From a virus, in the IMG/VR virus record IMGVR_UViG_3300027973_000028, positions 98,467 through 162,466 of that record: a DNA stretch of 64,000 bases; one strand, written 5' to 3'. Below the pieces are notes generated by a model. It was not told the DNA's origin. It did not search any database and saw only the letters and a list, made by a program, of their open reading frames with translations. The translations under genes were made by a program, and so were the position numbers. This document shows positions 41,391 to 51,320 of the stretch, in pieces; the stretch's first letter is position 1, and every line of letters begins with the position of its first letter.

Positions 41391-42117
41391 TTTGCTCTTC
41401 TGGAATTTCTACTATAGTTTGAGCTTCAATATATTCATCGAGCTCATAAGTACCAAGTTTTTGTTTTAATAATTTTTCTTTTTGGATTTCAATTGCTTGA
41501 ACTTTATATAAAATATCAGATATTGCTTGAGCACTATCAATCTGCATTTGTCCAGCTTTTGCTTTTGCTTCTCTAGTGGCTAACAATTGATTTCTTAAAT
41601 CTTTTCTTCTTTTATGAAGCTTATCTTCTAACTCTACAGCTAAGTGTAATTCTTTTCTAAGAATTGGTTCCCCACTTTCATCAATTCCAATAATATTTTC
41701 TTGAATAAAATGTTCTTTTGCTAACAGTTTTGTTTTTCTTAAGTATTGAACTTCTTGATCAACTAAGTCTCTTATCATGGAAACTTCAACTAAATTATCA
41801 TAATGAACTTCAAGTTGGTCCATATATTCAGCTGTGAATTGAGAAACGATAGACATTTCAATTGGACATGGCTTTCCTTTTGGTGCAAGATTTTCTTTAA
41901 GTAATGGGCATGTTTCGGCAAAAATGCATTTAGTCGCTTCGCAGTTCATTGGTATTGAAGAAAACATTGATGTTCTTGTTTTCTGTGGACGTACGAGTTC
42001 TACAACTCTATCCTTTTCTTCTTCGGTCCAATTTTCTGGAAAGAATAAATCTGGTCTTAGTGATTCAAATTCTTTAATAAAACTTTTTTTTTGATTTATG
42101 TTTTCTAATTCACCCAT
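41377..42117 (-). CDS. Conserved phage protein, possible terminase small subunit
   Basis: C....C.F...CP......P.G.PCP.E metal site plus coiled coil; upstream of the packaging operon. Confidence 0.4.
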   Translation of the reverse strand: MGELENINQKKSFIKEFESLRPDLFFPENWTEEEKDRVVELVRPQKTRTSMFSSIPMNCEATKCIFAETCPLLKENLAPKGKPCPIEMSIVSQFTAEYMDQLEVHYDNLVEVSMIRDLVDQEVQYLRKTKLLAKEHFIQENIIGIDESGEPILRKELHLAVELEDKLHKRRKDLRNQLLATREAKAKAGQMQIDSAQAISDILYKVQAIEIQKEKLLKQKLGTYELDEYIEAQTIVEIPEEQNENR

Positions 42118-42292
42118 TAAAATCTATCCATTCTGAGCTATAAAAGCTATCATTTTTAAAAGTCTCTATCACCAAACTGTTACAATACTGACAAAGATAT
42201 TCATTTTTTATAATTATATCAGATTCTTTATCATCTATAAATTGCTCTTTATATATTAAACCCATGGTGCTATTACACCTCGGGCAGAGCAT
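42110..42292 (-). CDS. Small zinc-ribbon protein
   Basis: CPRC...CQYC. Confidence 0.6.
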   Translation of the reverse strand: MLCPRCNSTMGLIYKEQFIDDKESDIIIKNEYLCQYCNSLVIETFKNDSFYSSEWIDFNG

Positions 42293-42293
42293 C

Positions 42294-42707
42294 TTACATC
42301 TCTTCCAAAAGTTTCATTAAACCTTTTTGTAATTTAATCTGGAGTTCTGCATCGTGTGTGGCATTAACGAATGTGCTTACTTCCCTCATCTCATCTGGAG
42401 ATAAATAAGAAGATATTTTATATCTTGATCCCTTGCATATGTCGCAATAGATTTCTTTCTGACCCAGATAACATTCACATTTCTCAATGATATCAAAATG
42501 CTCTAGTGCACTAGCTACATCTAGCCATTTATTCTTGAATAACTTTTTTGTCTGCTCTTTATAAGCCCTAAGCTTTTGGGCATCGTTTGACAGAAGTGTT
42601 CCCATGTCTAAAGAATGTTTCATTAGTTCATTTATGCTTTTATACAAAAAATTAGCTAACTGAAAATCTCCATTTTTATCTGTATAATTCTTCCAATCAT
42701 CCATCAC
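42294..42707 (-). CDS. Hypothetical protein with a Zn motif
   Basis: CEC...CDICKGS. Confidence 0.6.
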   Translation of the reverse strand: MMDDWKNYTDKNGDFQLANFLYKSINELMKHSLDMGTLLSNDAQKLRAYKEQTKKLFKNKWLDVASALEHFDIIEKCECYLGQKEIYCDICKGSRYKISSYLSPDEMREVSTFVNATHDAELQIKLQKGLMKLLEEM

Positions 42708-42733
42708 ATATCACATCTTTCCTATATAAAATA

Positions 42734-43030
42734 TTAAGCGTATCTTCCTGATCCCCTAGGTCCCTTGTAACCGCCCCTTGAACCATCTCTATTTCTCATC
42801 ATACCAGCACCACCAAACAAAGCGGCACCGGTGAGAGCTCTTGCCCCCACCTGCCTCTGCCTAAGACCTACTGCTGTTTGCCTAGCTGTTGATCCTGCTG
42901 CTGTATTTTTTGAGGCTATCTTCATTAACCTTTTCGCCCCGCGAGAACCATTATCAATATACTTTTGTGCTGATGCTGTATTATGCAGCATTGATCCAAC
43001 ACGCCTTGTTGCACCTGCTCTAATCCCCAT
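42734..43030 (-). CDS. Small basic Gly/Arg-rich protein
   Basis: Composition; hydrophobic segment near the C-terminus. Confidence 0.6.
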   Translation of the reverse strand: MGIRAGATRRVGSMLHNTASAQKYIDNGSRGAKRLMKIASKNTAAGSTARQTAVGLRQRQVGARALTGAALFGGAGMMRNRDGSRGGYKGPRGSGRYA

Positions 43031-43032
43031 AA

Positions 43033-43299
43033 TTAATGACCGTACATTCCAGTTGGCCTACCAGGAGTTCTCCTACCTGTTCCGCTTCCTCTTCTTTTTG
43101 AAAGTCCAGACATCCCAGCAGCTCCGCCGACAACCATGCCCGCCCTCATTTTACCTGACCTTGCCAATGCTTTAGTTCCAGGGTTAGAGCCAGCCTTGCG
43201 ACCAATTGCCCCTACTGCACCAAAAAAACCATGTGCCTGTCTATTTGCACCAAATGTTTTTCTTGCTGCGGACCCTGCTGCCATTCCTTGTTTAAACAT
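43033..43299 (-). CDS. Small basic Gly/Arg-rich protein
   Basis: Same architecture as 42734..43030. Confidence 0.6.
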   Translation of the reverse strand: MFKQGMAAGSAARKTFGANRQAHGFFGAVGAIGRKAGSNPGTKALARSGKMRAGMVVGGAAGMSGLSKRRGSGTGRRTPGRPTGMYGH

Positions 43300-43310
43300 T
43301 TAAAAATATC

Positions 43311-44735
43311 CTACTTTGCTAGTTTAGTTTTCTTAGATGGTTTAATTAAATTAAAACTAAATTTATCTTCATTGTAATCGATATTGAAAATAGTACCTTT
43401 AGGTATAGTATTTTGAACTATTATCCTAGATAGTTCAGTCTCTATTTGATCTCTTCGTATTTGTGATAAACCTCTTGCGCCCTTTACTGAATCAATACCC
43501 TTATCAATCAAAGCATTGATTACATTGCTATTGTATTCTGCTGAAAAACCTTTTTTAATTAATTTATTTAAAACTACTCTCATTTCTAGTTCTGCTATTT
43601 TTTCACAATCTTGTCTTGACAAATGATTAAAAACTATTATTTTATCTAATCTATTAATCATTTCTGGTTTAAAGTATTTTCTTATTGCATCCATTGTATG
43701 TTTTTCTACAATATGTTTGGGTGGTAATGCGGTTGTAGAATTAAGATAATGAACATTTTTATTAAAACCAGTTCCACTTCCAATTAAATGATCCACAGTT
43801 TTATCGTTTCCTAAATTTGTTGTAAGAATAATAATTGTTCCTCTAAAGTCAACCTTATTTCCTTTTGCGTCTGTTACAACGCCTTCGTCAAATATCGTCA
43901 AAAATGTATTCCAAATATCAGGGTGAGCTTTTTCTACCTCATCAATAAGAACTACCGAATTTGGATTCTTCTGAATCTGGTTAACTAATTGCCCACCTTC
44001 ATCATGGCCTACATATCCTGGCGGAGAACCAATCAGCTTAGCACCTTCGTGCTTTTGTTGATACTCGCCACAATCAATTCTTACCATTGGCGTATCTGAA
44101 CTGAATAAAAAATCATGCAGTGTTTTTGCAAGATGTGTTTTACCCACTCCAGATGAACCAGATAATAAGAATACACCCAATGGCCTATTGACATCATTCA
44201 TATCAGCCTGAGATCTCAATAGTGCTTGACACACTGCTTGTATAGCTTCATCTTGGCCAATAATATTATTTTTTAAATAATGTTCTAAAGAAATAAACTT
44301 TTGTTTTGAAACTTTCTTTATTTGTTTTTGTTTATTACCTTTACCTAAAGGTTTTTGTCCATATCTTGATATTATATTTTTTATTTCATCAAAATTTTTA
44401 TCAAGCTCAACTTCTGGCTCTAATGGCGACGATGCATATGCGATTGCAATCCAATAATCTATATCTAGACCTGGATTAAGCATTACACATCCGGTATATA
44501 ATGCTTCTATACATCTTTCGGCATTAGACCTAGTCATCATTCCTAGTGCGGCTGAGATATCTGTCTTTAAATTAAAAATAACATGTTGAAGAATTTTTCT
44601 TCTTCTATCTTTTTCTGTTTTTACTGTTATCTGAGAAACGAATTCATCAATTTCTTCCGGTTCCAAGACTTTGTATTTTACATATACATTTAAATCTGGA
44701 ACGTATATTTGATATATCTTCATACGTTCTCCCAA
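43311..44735 (-). CDS. ClpA/ClpB-type AAA+ ATPase (second NBD only)
   Basis: IIGQDEAI, GSSGVGKT, LIGSPPGYVG, LIDEVEKAHPD, TTNLG, FKPE.INRLD, GARGL. Confidence 0.92.
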   Translation of the reverse strand: MGERMKIYQIYVPDLNVYVKYKVLEPEEIDEFVSQITVKTEKDRRRKILQHVIFNLKTDISAALGMMTRSNAERCIEALYTGCVMLNPGLDIDYWIAIAYASSPLEPEVELDKNFDEIKNIISRYGQKPLGKGNKQKQIKKVSKQKFISLEHYLKNNIIGQDEAIQAVCQALLRSQADMNDVNRPLGVFLLSGSSGVGKTHLAKTLHDFLFSSDTPMVRIDCGEYQQKHEGAKLIGSPPGYVGHDEGGQLVNQIQKNPNSVVLIDEVEKAHPDIWNTFLTIFDEGVVTDAKGNKVDFRGTIIILTTNLGNDKTVDHLIGSGTGFNKNVHYLNSTTALPPKHIVEKHTMDAIRKYFKPEMINRLDKIIVFNHLSRQDCEKIAELEMRVVLNKLIKKGFSAEYNSNVINALIDKGIDSVKGARGLSQIRRDQIETELSRIIVQNTIPKGTIFNIDYNEDKFSFNLIKPSKKTKLAK

Positions 44736-45098
44736 CCATTTTTAAAAATAAAGATTCTATATATACTATATATTATAATAATATATATATATAGTAATAT
44801 TATATATATAGATATATATAAAGGGGTAGGGGGTAGGGGGTAAATTCCCAGTCTACTAAACTTTTTATGCTTTGTCAAATTCACTTTGAATATTTTTCAA
44901 CCGAAGGACAATCTTCCATGCATGGTCCGCAGAAAGACCAAAATCTTACTAAATCATCAACAGTATTAATTTTTTTTTCAAGTAAAAACTTTGCTCGATA
45001 AAAATCTTCTTTTTTTGTCATATTGTGTCGCATTGATATTCCGTTCTATGTATACTTGCCTAGAGCAATTATACCATCCATCAAACACAGGAGACTAT

Positions 45099-45329
45099 AT
45101 GGAAAACACCTTAATCGACTATAAAAAAGAAATTGATGAAAAAATTGTATACATTAAAAAATTGGTTAAGTTAAAAGAAAAAGTACGTTTTGTGCAACTT
45201 GGCGCAGATGTACAATCTAGGGTAGAATATAAGTACATAGAAAAGCAAGTTGATAAAAAAATTGCTGAAACAAAAAAAATAGCCAATGAACTTATTCTTA
45301 AACAAAAAAGAAATCAAAAAGGACAATAA
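45099..45329 (+). CDS. Small basic coiled-coil protein
   Basis: SD AGGAG before ATG 45099. Confidence 0.55.
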   Translation: MENTLIDYKKEIDEKIVYIKKLVKLKEKVRFVQLGADVQSRVEYKYIEKQVDKKIAETKKIANELILKQKRNQKGQ

Positions 45330-45334
45330 AAAAA

Positions 45335-46297
45335 ATGGCAAATGAATCCAAGGGGCTAGAGCTAGCAATAGCACAACTTGAAAGACAATTTGGATCAGGC
45401 TCTATTATGAAGCTTGGTAATTTTACGACTCAACCTTGGCCGTCAGTTCCTACTGGTGCTCCGACTCTAGATAGAATTTTAGGTAATGGCGGTTTACCTC
45501 GTGGCAGAATAGTAGAAATATACGGTCCAGAATCATCTGGCAAATCGACTGTAGCTTTGTCAGTTATTGCTGAAGCACAGAAGATTGGTTTAAAATGTGC
45601 CTATATAGATGCAGAACATGCTCTAGATCCAATATACATGCAATCTCTTGGGGTAGATCTCGATGCATTGCTTTTATCTCAGCCCGATTATGGCGAACAA
45701 GCACTAGAAATTGTAGACAAGTTAGTTAGAACAGGTGAAATTGGAGTAATCGTTATAGATTCAGTTGCTGCTCTTATTCCTAAGGCAGAGCTGGAGGGGG
45801 AGATGGAAGCCTCTCAGATGGGTCTACAAGCTCGTCTAATGGCCAAAGCGATGAGAAAGCTAGTTGCACTAGCCTCGGAAAATAAAACGCTCCTATTGTT
45901 CATAAACCAACTTAGAAGTAAAATTGGTATTATGTTTGGAAATCCAGAAACAACTCCAGGTGGAATGGCCCTAAAATATGCAGCTTCTGTAAGAATAGAT
46001 CTTCGCAAGAAAGAAGACATTAAAGATAAAGAAGGTGTGTCTATTGGAATTAAAGTAAAAGCTAAAGTTATTAAAAATAAAATGGCTCCTCCATTAAAAA
46101 TGGTAGAATTTGATATACTTTACGGTAAGGGAGTTGACCAATACGGATGCCTATTTGACATAGGTATTGAGAAACAAATATTTACACAAAAAGGCGCATG
46201 GGTTTACTATAAAGATGAAAACTTTGCTCAAGGTAGAGATAATGCAATTGAAAAACTTAAATCAAGAGAAGACATCATTGATCAAATAAGATTATGA
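45335..46297 (+). CDS. recA: RecA recombinase
   Basis: GGLPRGRIVEIYGPESSGKST, IDAEHALDP, DSVAAL.P.AE, FGNPETTPGG.ALK. Confidence 0.97.
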   Translation: MANESKGLELAIAQLERQFGSGSIMKLGNFTTQPWPSVPTGAPTLDRILGNGGLPRGRIVEIYGPESSGKSTVALSVIAEAQKIGLKCAYIDAEHALDPIYMQSLGVDLDALLLSQPDYGEQALEIVDKLVRTGEIGVIVIDSVAALIPKAELEGEMEASQMGLQARLMAKAMRKLVALASENKTLLLFINQLRSKIGIMFGNPETTPGGMALKYAASVRIDLRKKEDIKDKEGVSIGIKVKAKVIKNKMAPPLKMVEFDILYGKGVDQYGCLFDIGIEKQIFTQKGAWVYYKDENFAQGRDNAIEKLKSREDIIDQIRL

Positions 46298-46446
46298 ACC
46301 CAGTATTGAATCCAGCTGTTTGCGAAGAATGTTCTTTTCCACCTAATTTTGCTGTTAATTGCATTTCAAAAAAAACAGATGAAGTTCAAGTTTTTACAAT
46401 TAAATGTAGAGATTGCGGAGATCAATGGAAGGAGCAATTAAATTAA
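46294..46446 (+). CDS. 50-aa zinc-ribbon protein (missing from the ORF track)
   Basis: ATGA overlap with recA; MNPVLNPAVCEEC...KCRDCGDQWKE. Confidence 0.65.
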   Translation: MNPVLNPAVCEECSFPPNFAVNCISKKTDEVQVFTIKCRDCGDQWKEQLN

Positions 46447-46447
46447 T

Positions 46448-47302
46448 ATGAATATGTTTGAAGAGTCTTTTAGAAAAAATCCAAATATAGAGCAAATCGC
46501 ACCAAAACTTTTTATTTATAGAAATTTCATAAATGGTGATTTATTAGAAAAAATAAATTCTATCTTAGTAAAACAAATAGATACCCCGTCAGTTACCCAT
46601 AATGTTGATTGGTATAACGATAGATTCACAACTCTTATTCCAGAAATGCACGAAGTATGGGAACTTGCCTCTGAATTAATTTATCCAGAACTAGCGATGC
46701 ACCCGCAACTTTGCCTATTGAGGGCTAAAGTTGGAGATGATGGGATGTATCATCACGCTGATGCACCTGGTGCGCCACACGAAGATTGTGGCCCAATTTG
46801 TGGCACGTGTGAGATAGCAAAAAGTGTTTTGATATCCCCAGACAGATGGGACACTTGCTGTAGACTTCACTATGGATTGATAGTATATTTTGGTGACTTT
46901 GAGGGTGGAGAAGTATATTATCCAAATTTTAATTCAAAAGCAGAGTATATTGGTGATTTTACCTCATTTGAAAATGATGATGAGTTGCGCGTTAAACCAA
47001 ATAATGGAGATTTAATAATTCACGGTTCACATAGAGATTATTGTCATGGAACAAAAGAAATTACAAGTGGAGTACGCTTTGCTTTTTCTAACTTTGTAAT
47101 ACCAGCACATACTAATCCTGGAACTTTTTATAACTATAAAACAAAAGAATATTATGATCAAATAGAGTTTATAAAACAAGACCCAGATAGTAGATGGTCA
47201 ACTTGGTTTGAAACGATTAATGGATATGCTTGGGAAGAACCACCAGCGGTGTTAGAAGATAAGAAAAATGGCATAACAGGCATTAGGTATAGAGATCTAT
47301 AA
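46448..47302 (+). CDS. 2OG-Fe(II) oxygenase with a Cys-rich insert
   Basis: HHAD...YFGDFEGGE...HGT.EITSGVR. Confidence 0.85.
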   Translation: MNMFEESFRKNPNIEQIAPKLFIYRNFINGDLLEKINSILVKQIDTPSVTHNVDWYNDRFTTLIPEMHEVWELASELIYPELAMHPQLCLLRAKVGDDGMYHHADAPGAPHEDCGPICGTCEIAKSVLISPDRWDTCCRLHYGLIVYFGDFEGGEVYYPNFNSKAEYIGDFTSFENDDELRVKPNNGDLIIHGSHRDYCHGTKEITSGVRFAFSNFVIPAHTNPGTFYNYKTKEYYDQIEFIKQDPDSRWSTWFETINGYAWEEPPAVLEDKKNGITGIRYRDL

Positions 47303-47359
47303 TATTTATTATGTTATATTATTATAATAATTTAATTTATTTAAAAAAGTTTTAGATTT

Positions 47360-48154
47360 ATGAAATTACATTGGATGAGCGTTCATGACGACAGTAGCAT
47401 AGATAGTTTAAGAGAAAATTCAAAAATATTAAATGAATGCAATTATTATTCAAATTTATTAGTTTATCATTCAACAAATAATGACTATTGGATAAAGTGC
47501 GCAAATGTTTTAGATTTAAATCATAAATTTAAATATCTTTTAGCAATCAGGACTTATTCTATAAGTCCAGAATATTTTGTAATGATGTATAAATCGTTTA
47601 ATGAAATTCAAAAAAATAGAATAATGTTTAATATAGTTTCTGGAGATATCCATGATGGTGAATTTTCGATAAATGATCTTGTTACCGGACAAGATAATTT
47701 TAACACAGTAGAGAAAAGAGTTGCTTATACAGATAAGTGGATGCAAAAAACTTTATCTATTTTAAATAGACAAAAACAAGAAATACCAGAAATAGTCATG
47801 TCTGGCATTTCGGATGAAACACTAAATTCTTCTGCAAAATTTGCTAACTATAATTTAGCTATGATGTCTGAATATATAGAGTCACCAAAAAAGTTTGAAA
47901 AAAATAAAAATAGAATGATCGCAGCTGCTGTAGTCATAAGAGATTCTTATGACGATGCAGAGCGTGTTGTTGATCAAATTGACCAAAAGCATCAAAAAAA
48001 ATGGACAATTTTTGGAACAGAAGAACAAGTTATAGAAAAAATAAAATATTTAGAGAGTATTGGAGTTACAGATTTAATGATACGAACTCATAGAAATGAT
48101 GATCAATACAATTTAATACACACCTTAGCAAAAAAGAACCATGGAGTAATTTAA
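47360..48154 (+). CDS. Luciferase-like (LLM) flavin-dependent monooxygenase-like protein
   Basis: KYLLAIR...SP.Y, R..FNIVSG, SG.S, FGT.EQV..KI..L...GVTD.M. Confidence 0.75.
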   Translation: MKLHWMSVHDDSSIDSLRENSKILNECNYYSNLLVYHSTNNDYWIKCANVLDLNHKFKYLLAIRTYSISPEYFVMMYKSFNEIQKNRIMFNIVSGDIHDGEFSINDLVTGQDNFNTVEKRVAYTDKWMQKTLSILNRQKQEIPEIVMSGISDETLNSSAKFANYNLAMMSEYIESPKKFEKNKNRMIAAAVVIRDSYDDAERVVDQIDQKHQKKWTIFGTEEQVIEKIKYLESIGVTDLMIRTHRNDDQYNLIHTLAKKNHGVI

Positions 48155-48158
48155 TAAA

Positions 48159-48815
48159 ATGAAAAAAATATACTTAATTGGAGACTGTCATTTATCTAGA
48201 GTTTCTGAACATTATGAAGAAGATAACAACCAAGTTGACATGACTTTTTGGGGCAAGGCAGCAAAGAAAATTTGGGATCTAGATTTTCAAGAAATGTATA
48301 AAGAGGATGAATTGTCTTCTGGCAAAGAGTCACAAAAATTTCAAAATGATGGTGTTATTCCATTTTCTGAAATAAAAGATGATGGAATATTATTTTCTTG
48401 GTTTGGATATGTAGATGTAAGAACATTCTTATCAGCATATGATAACGCAGAAACTGTGGCAAGAAAGTATATAGACCAATTAAAACAAAATTTTAATAAT
48501 TCAAAAATAGTGATAATAGAACCACTCCCGCAGTTTACGGAGATGCTATTAAAGTATGAAGGGATCAGCCCATCTTATACCTATGAGCAAAGATTGGAGC
48601 AGAATAGAAAGTTCTTAGACTCCATGCATGTGCATGCGCGTGAGGCTGGAATAACAGACTTTATTCTTCAATCGGAGATACTGGATTCATTAGGTGTATC
48701 TAAGTTAATTCCTGAAATGACACATGATAAAGCTCCTCATCCAGTAGATGGCCTTCAAGACAAATATAATAAAAAAATATTAGATCTATTTATAAAAAAG
48801 GCATTAGAATTATAA
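48159..48815 (+). CDS. SGNH-like hypothetical protein
   Basis: IYLIGDCH, FGYVDVR. Confidence 0.45.
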   Translation: MKKIYLIGDCHLSRVSEHYEEDNNQVDMTFWGKAAKKIWDLDFQEMYKEDELSSGKESQKFQNDGVIPFSEIKDDGILFSWFGYVDVRTFLSAYDNAETVARKYIDQLKQNFNNSKIVIIEPLPQFTEMLLKYEGISPSYTYEQRLEQNRKFLDSMHVHAREAGITDFILQSEILDSLGVSKLIPEMTHDKAPHPVDGLQDKYNKKILDLFIKKALEL

Positions 48816-49358
48816 ATGATTAAGTTAACTAAAGATATTTTATTATTTACAGATTTATTTGAAGATTTAGATAAAATATTTTTAAATTTAACAGAACTAG
48901 ACTGGAAAATGTGGGGTCGAAATAACAATGATCCAAACTACAGAATTGGCGAAACAGGCACAATAGACGATAACGAGTATTTATCTACTCAGATAAAATC
49001 TGCTACTCAAAAATGCCTAGATGATTATATGCTAAATTTGGGTATAGATAAAAATTTATATTATCATTACCAACATGGTCTATATGTAAGAAAATGGGAT
49101 TTTCCAATGGCCGGCATGAGTGCTCATAGAGATTACACTTATGATGATCAAGGTGGAATCAAAAAAGTTGCATATACAATATGCGGTTACCTTAATGATG
49201 ATTATGAAGGTGGATTAATAGAATTTCCGGAACACGATCTTTCGATTAAACCGCCGGCTGGATCCGCAATTGTTTTTAACTCAAATGAATTACATCTGGT
49301 AACAGACTTAAAAGATAAACACAGATACATGTGGTCTTGCTTTGTTTATAACAAATAA
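48816..49358 (+). CDS. 2OG-Fe(II) oxygenase
   Basis: HRD...YLNDDYEGG.I.FP...H.V......RY. Confidence 0.88.
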   Translation: MIKLTKDILLFTDLFEDLDKIFLNLTELDWKMWGRNNNDPNYRIGETGTIDDNEYLSTQIKSATQKCLDDYMLNLGIDKNLYYHYQHGLYVRKWDFPMAGMSAHRDYTYDDQGGIKKVAYTICGYLNDDYEGGLIEFPEHDLSIKPPAGSAIVFNSNELHLVTDLKDKHRYMWSCFVYNK

Positions 49359-49454
49359 TCGACTCATGCTAATCCTTTGATCCCCCGCCCCAAATCCGCG
49401 GCGAATTATTTTTTTTATTTTTAATAATTTGTAGTATTATGATACTATAAGGGG

Positions 49455-49844
49455 ATGGAAGAAAAATACTTATGGATACTTTTAGGGCTTATATTTGGAG
49501 TTACTATTAGACTTATGAATGAACACATCTTTAGAAAGATTCTATCCTTTTTTATGACCTCTAGAGATCCGCACTATGACGAGTCTGGCCTCTGTTCATT
49601 TGCAGTTGGTGAATCTGAAGAGTTAACCAAGTTTATCACCATTCATGGAGACGCAAAAGGTAATCTTATATTCTCTGCTTTTGAACCAGAAGAATGGGAG
49701 ATGATGGTTGGTATGTGTGAAATTACCGGTAAAGACATTTCTCAGTTTATTGAAGAAATCCAAGAGGATAATAAATCAAGAATGCTAGTAGTAGATCCAA
49801 CTAAATTTACAGATGATGATGAGGATCCATTCGGAATGTTCTAG
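49455..49844 (+). CDS. Hypothetical membrane protein, probably leaderless
   Basis: N-terminal TM; TGaTACTAT ends 6 nt before the ATG. Confidence 0.6.
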   Translation: MEEKYLWILLGLIFGVTIRLMNEHIFRKILSFFMTSRDPHYDESGLCSFAVGESEELTKFITIHGDAKGNLIFSAFEPEEWEMMVGMCEITGKDISQFIEEIQEDNKSRMLVVDPTKFTDDDEDPFGMF

Positions 49845-49863
49845 TAAGATATAAAAAGATATA

Positions 49864-49903
49864 TAAAAAAAGACCCCTATCCATTCGGAGAAGGGTCTTT
49901 TTT
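49864..49903. terminator. Bidirectional intrinsic terminator
   Basis: A-tract, GACCC..TCC/GGA..GGGTC hairpin, T-tract, between convergent genes. Confidence 0.75.
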
Positions 49904-49918
49904 AATTTATATAGGTTT

Positions 49919-50137
49919 TTAGAAGTCTGAGCTATATTCGTAGTTATCCATATCATAATTATCGTAATTTACTCCAACTTGGGCTGAAGCGCCATAATAA
50001 GTCTTTACACTAAGAGCATCCTCAAATTCATCTTCAACCCACTGTAGACAGTCTGGACAACGTAGATTATCATCATACATTCCCTCTGATACCACTATCT
50101 CTGATGAACAGTATGGGCAATCTATAAAGCTTGACAT
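49919..50137 (-). CDS. Small acidic zinc-ribbon protein
   Basis: CPYC...CPDC. Confidence 0.6.
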   Translation of the reverse strand: MSSFIDCPYCSSEIVVSEGMYDDNLRCPDCLQWVEDEFEDALSVKTYYGASAQVGVNYDNYDMDNYEYSSDF

Positions 50138-50541
50138 ATTCTTATCTTCCCTTCGCCTTATTAGGCATTGTTGTTATGGATGTTTATTCTTCTTATTATA
50201 TAACAGCTCAATCATAATACACATTTGTATAGATCAAAACAACTCCTGATCAAACTTTTTTTCTGCGGGCCAATTCTTATTCTCAACCTGTATAAACATA
50301 TATAAAATTCCTATAAGCCTAAAAAATAGGTAAAAAATATAAGGGGGTAATAGTGAGTATATGTTGTGCTTCATAAGTTTTAACGAGGCCACCCCTGTAT
50401 ACCCCATCGCTCCTCTGTTTACAAGAGCTAACCGTTGACAATGAGGTTATAAAACACAATGTAAGTCTGACACTACATAGGCGAAGGTGATATGGATGCA
50501 CCTACCAATACATCCCACTACATGTTCCTTAAGGAGGAGAC

Positions 50542-50835
50542 ATGTTTACATCAATCATTGAGTGGTTAGTATTCCTTACAGTAGTAGGCAGTATCGCAGC
50601 ATCTGTAGGCCTGATGGTCTATGGTGTGTATGTGGTCGTGTCAGATATAAGTACTGTTAATGCAGTGCTGGTCTTGACAGGGCTATTTGGTACAGTGTTC
50701 TCACTGCTTGCGCCATTTATATTCAATGGTGTTATCCCAGCTAATAACTGGGGATTAATGGTTGGTTTTAGCTGCTGGTTGGTAGCTCTTCCTGCCTTTA
50801 TAATACTGGGTGCTTGGGCTATAGAGCGCAAGTAA
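50542..50835 (+). CDS. Three-TM membrane protein
   Basis: SD TAAGGAGG; three hydrophobic helices. Confidence 0.7.
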   Translation: MFTSIIEWLVFLTVVGSIAASVGLMVYGVYVVVSDISTVNAVLVLTGLFGTVFSLLAPFIFNGVIPANNWGLMVGFSCWLVALPAFIILGAWAIERK

Positions 50836-50918
50836 TCAGTTAATCAACTAAGAAGGCTCTTCCATGGTAGTGCATGGGAGAGCTTTCTTTTTTATGGCTA
50901 GGTATAAGACATCTAGCT

Positions 50919-50986
50919 ATGTCTCATCAGATCGACATTAACTGTCTGTGACCCCAGCGTAGGTAGTGGCTGGACAACACACTGCT
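50919..50986 (+). ncRNA. Tandem H-type pseudoknot leader
   Basis: ATGTC/GACAT + CAGA/TCTG; linker TGACC; CCAGC/GCTGG + GGTAGTG/CACTGCT. Confidence 0.6.
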
Positions 50987-51035
50987 ATGGAGACACGCGT
51001 GCCATATATAACAGCGTGTAATAAGGAGGTAGCTT

Positions 51036-51320
51036 ATCGCTGCTATAACACAAGGTAAGACAGTTACATTCAAGCAAGTTGATGATATCATCAATTCTGC
51101 CGCTAAGGAATACCGGGTTTACCACTACAATGGTGGACAGGTCTTCATCCGTTTAAGCGCGTTGGATAATATGATGATGGTTATCGACCATTCAACAGTA
51201 GACATTACAGTTGAGTTGTTTGACGGAACTGCATACTTGGCTGCATATGCCAATAACAACACTGAATACAGCAACCGTTTTATTGCTGCGCCATCACAAT
51301 TGGCTGTGTTGTTTGCTTAA
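51036..51320 (+). CDS. 94-aa hypothetical protein with an ATC start (missing from the ORF track)
   Basis: TAAGGAGGT 5 nt before the ATC; in-frame TAG at 51030; open to TAA 51318-51320, followed by a terminator. Confidence 0.7.
   Translation: MAAITQGKTVTFKQVDDIINSAAKEYRVYHYNGGQVFIRLSALDNMMMVIDHSTVDITVELFDGTAYLAAYANNNTEYSNRFIAAPSQLAVLFA

Noticed and set aside
50300-50420. Physical genome end at the AT-rich to GC-richer boundary
   Set aside because: The composition shift is visible, but a terminus or terminal repeat cannot be established without reads or the rest of the genome.
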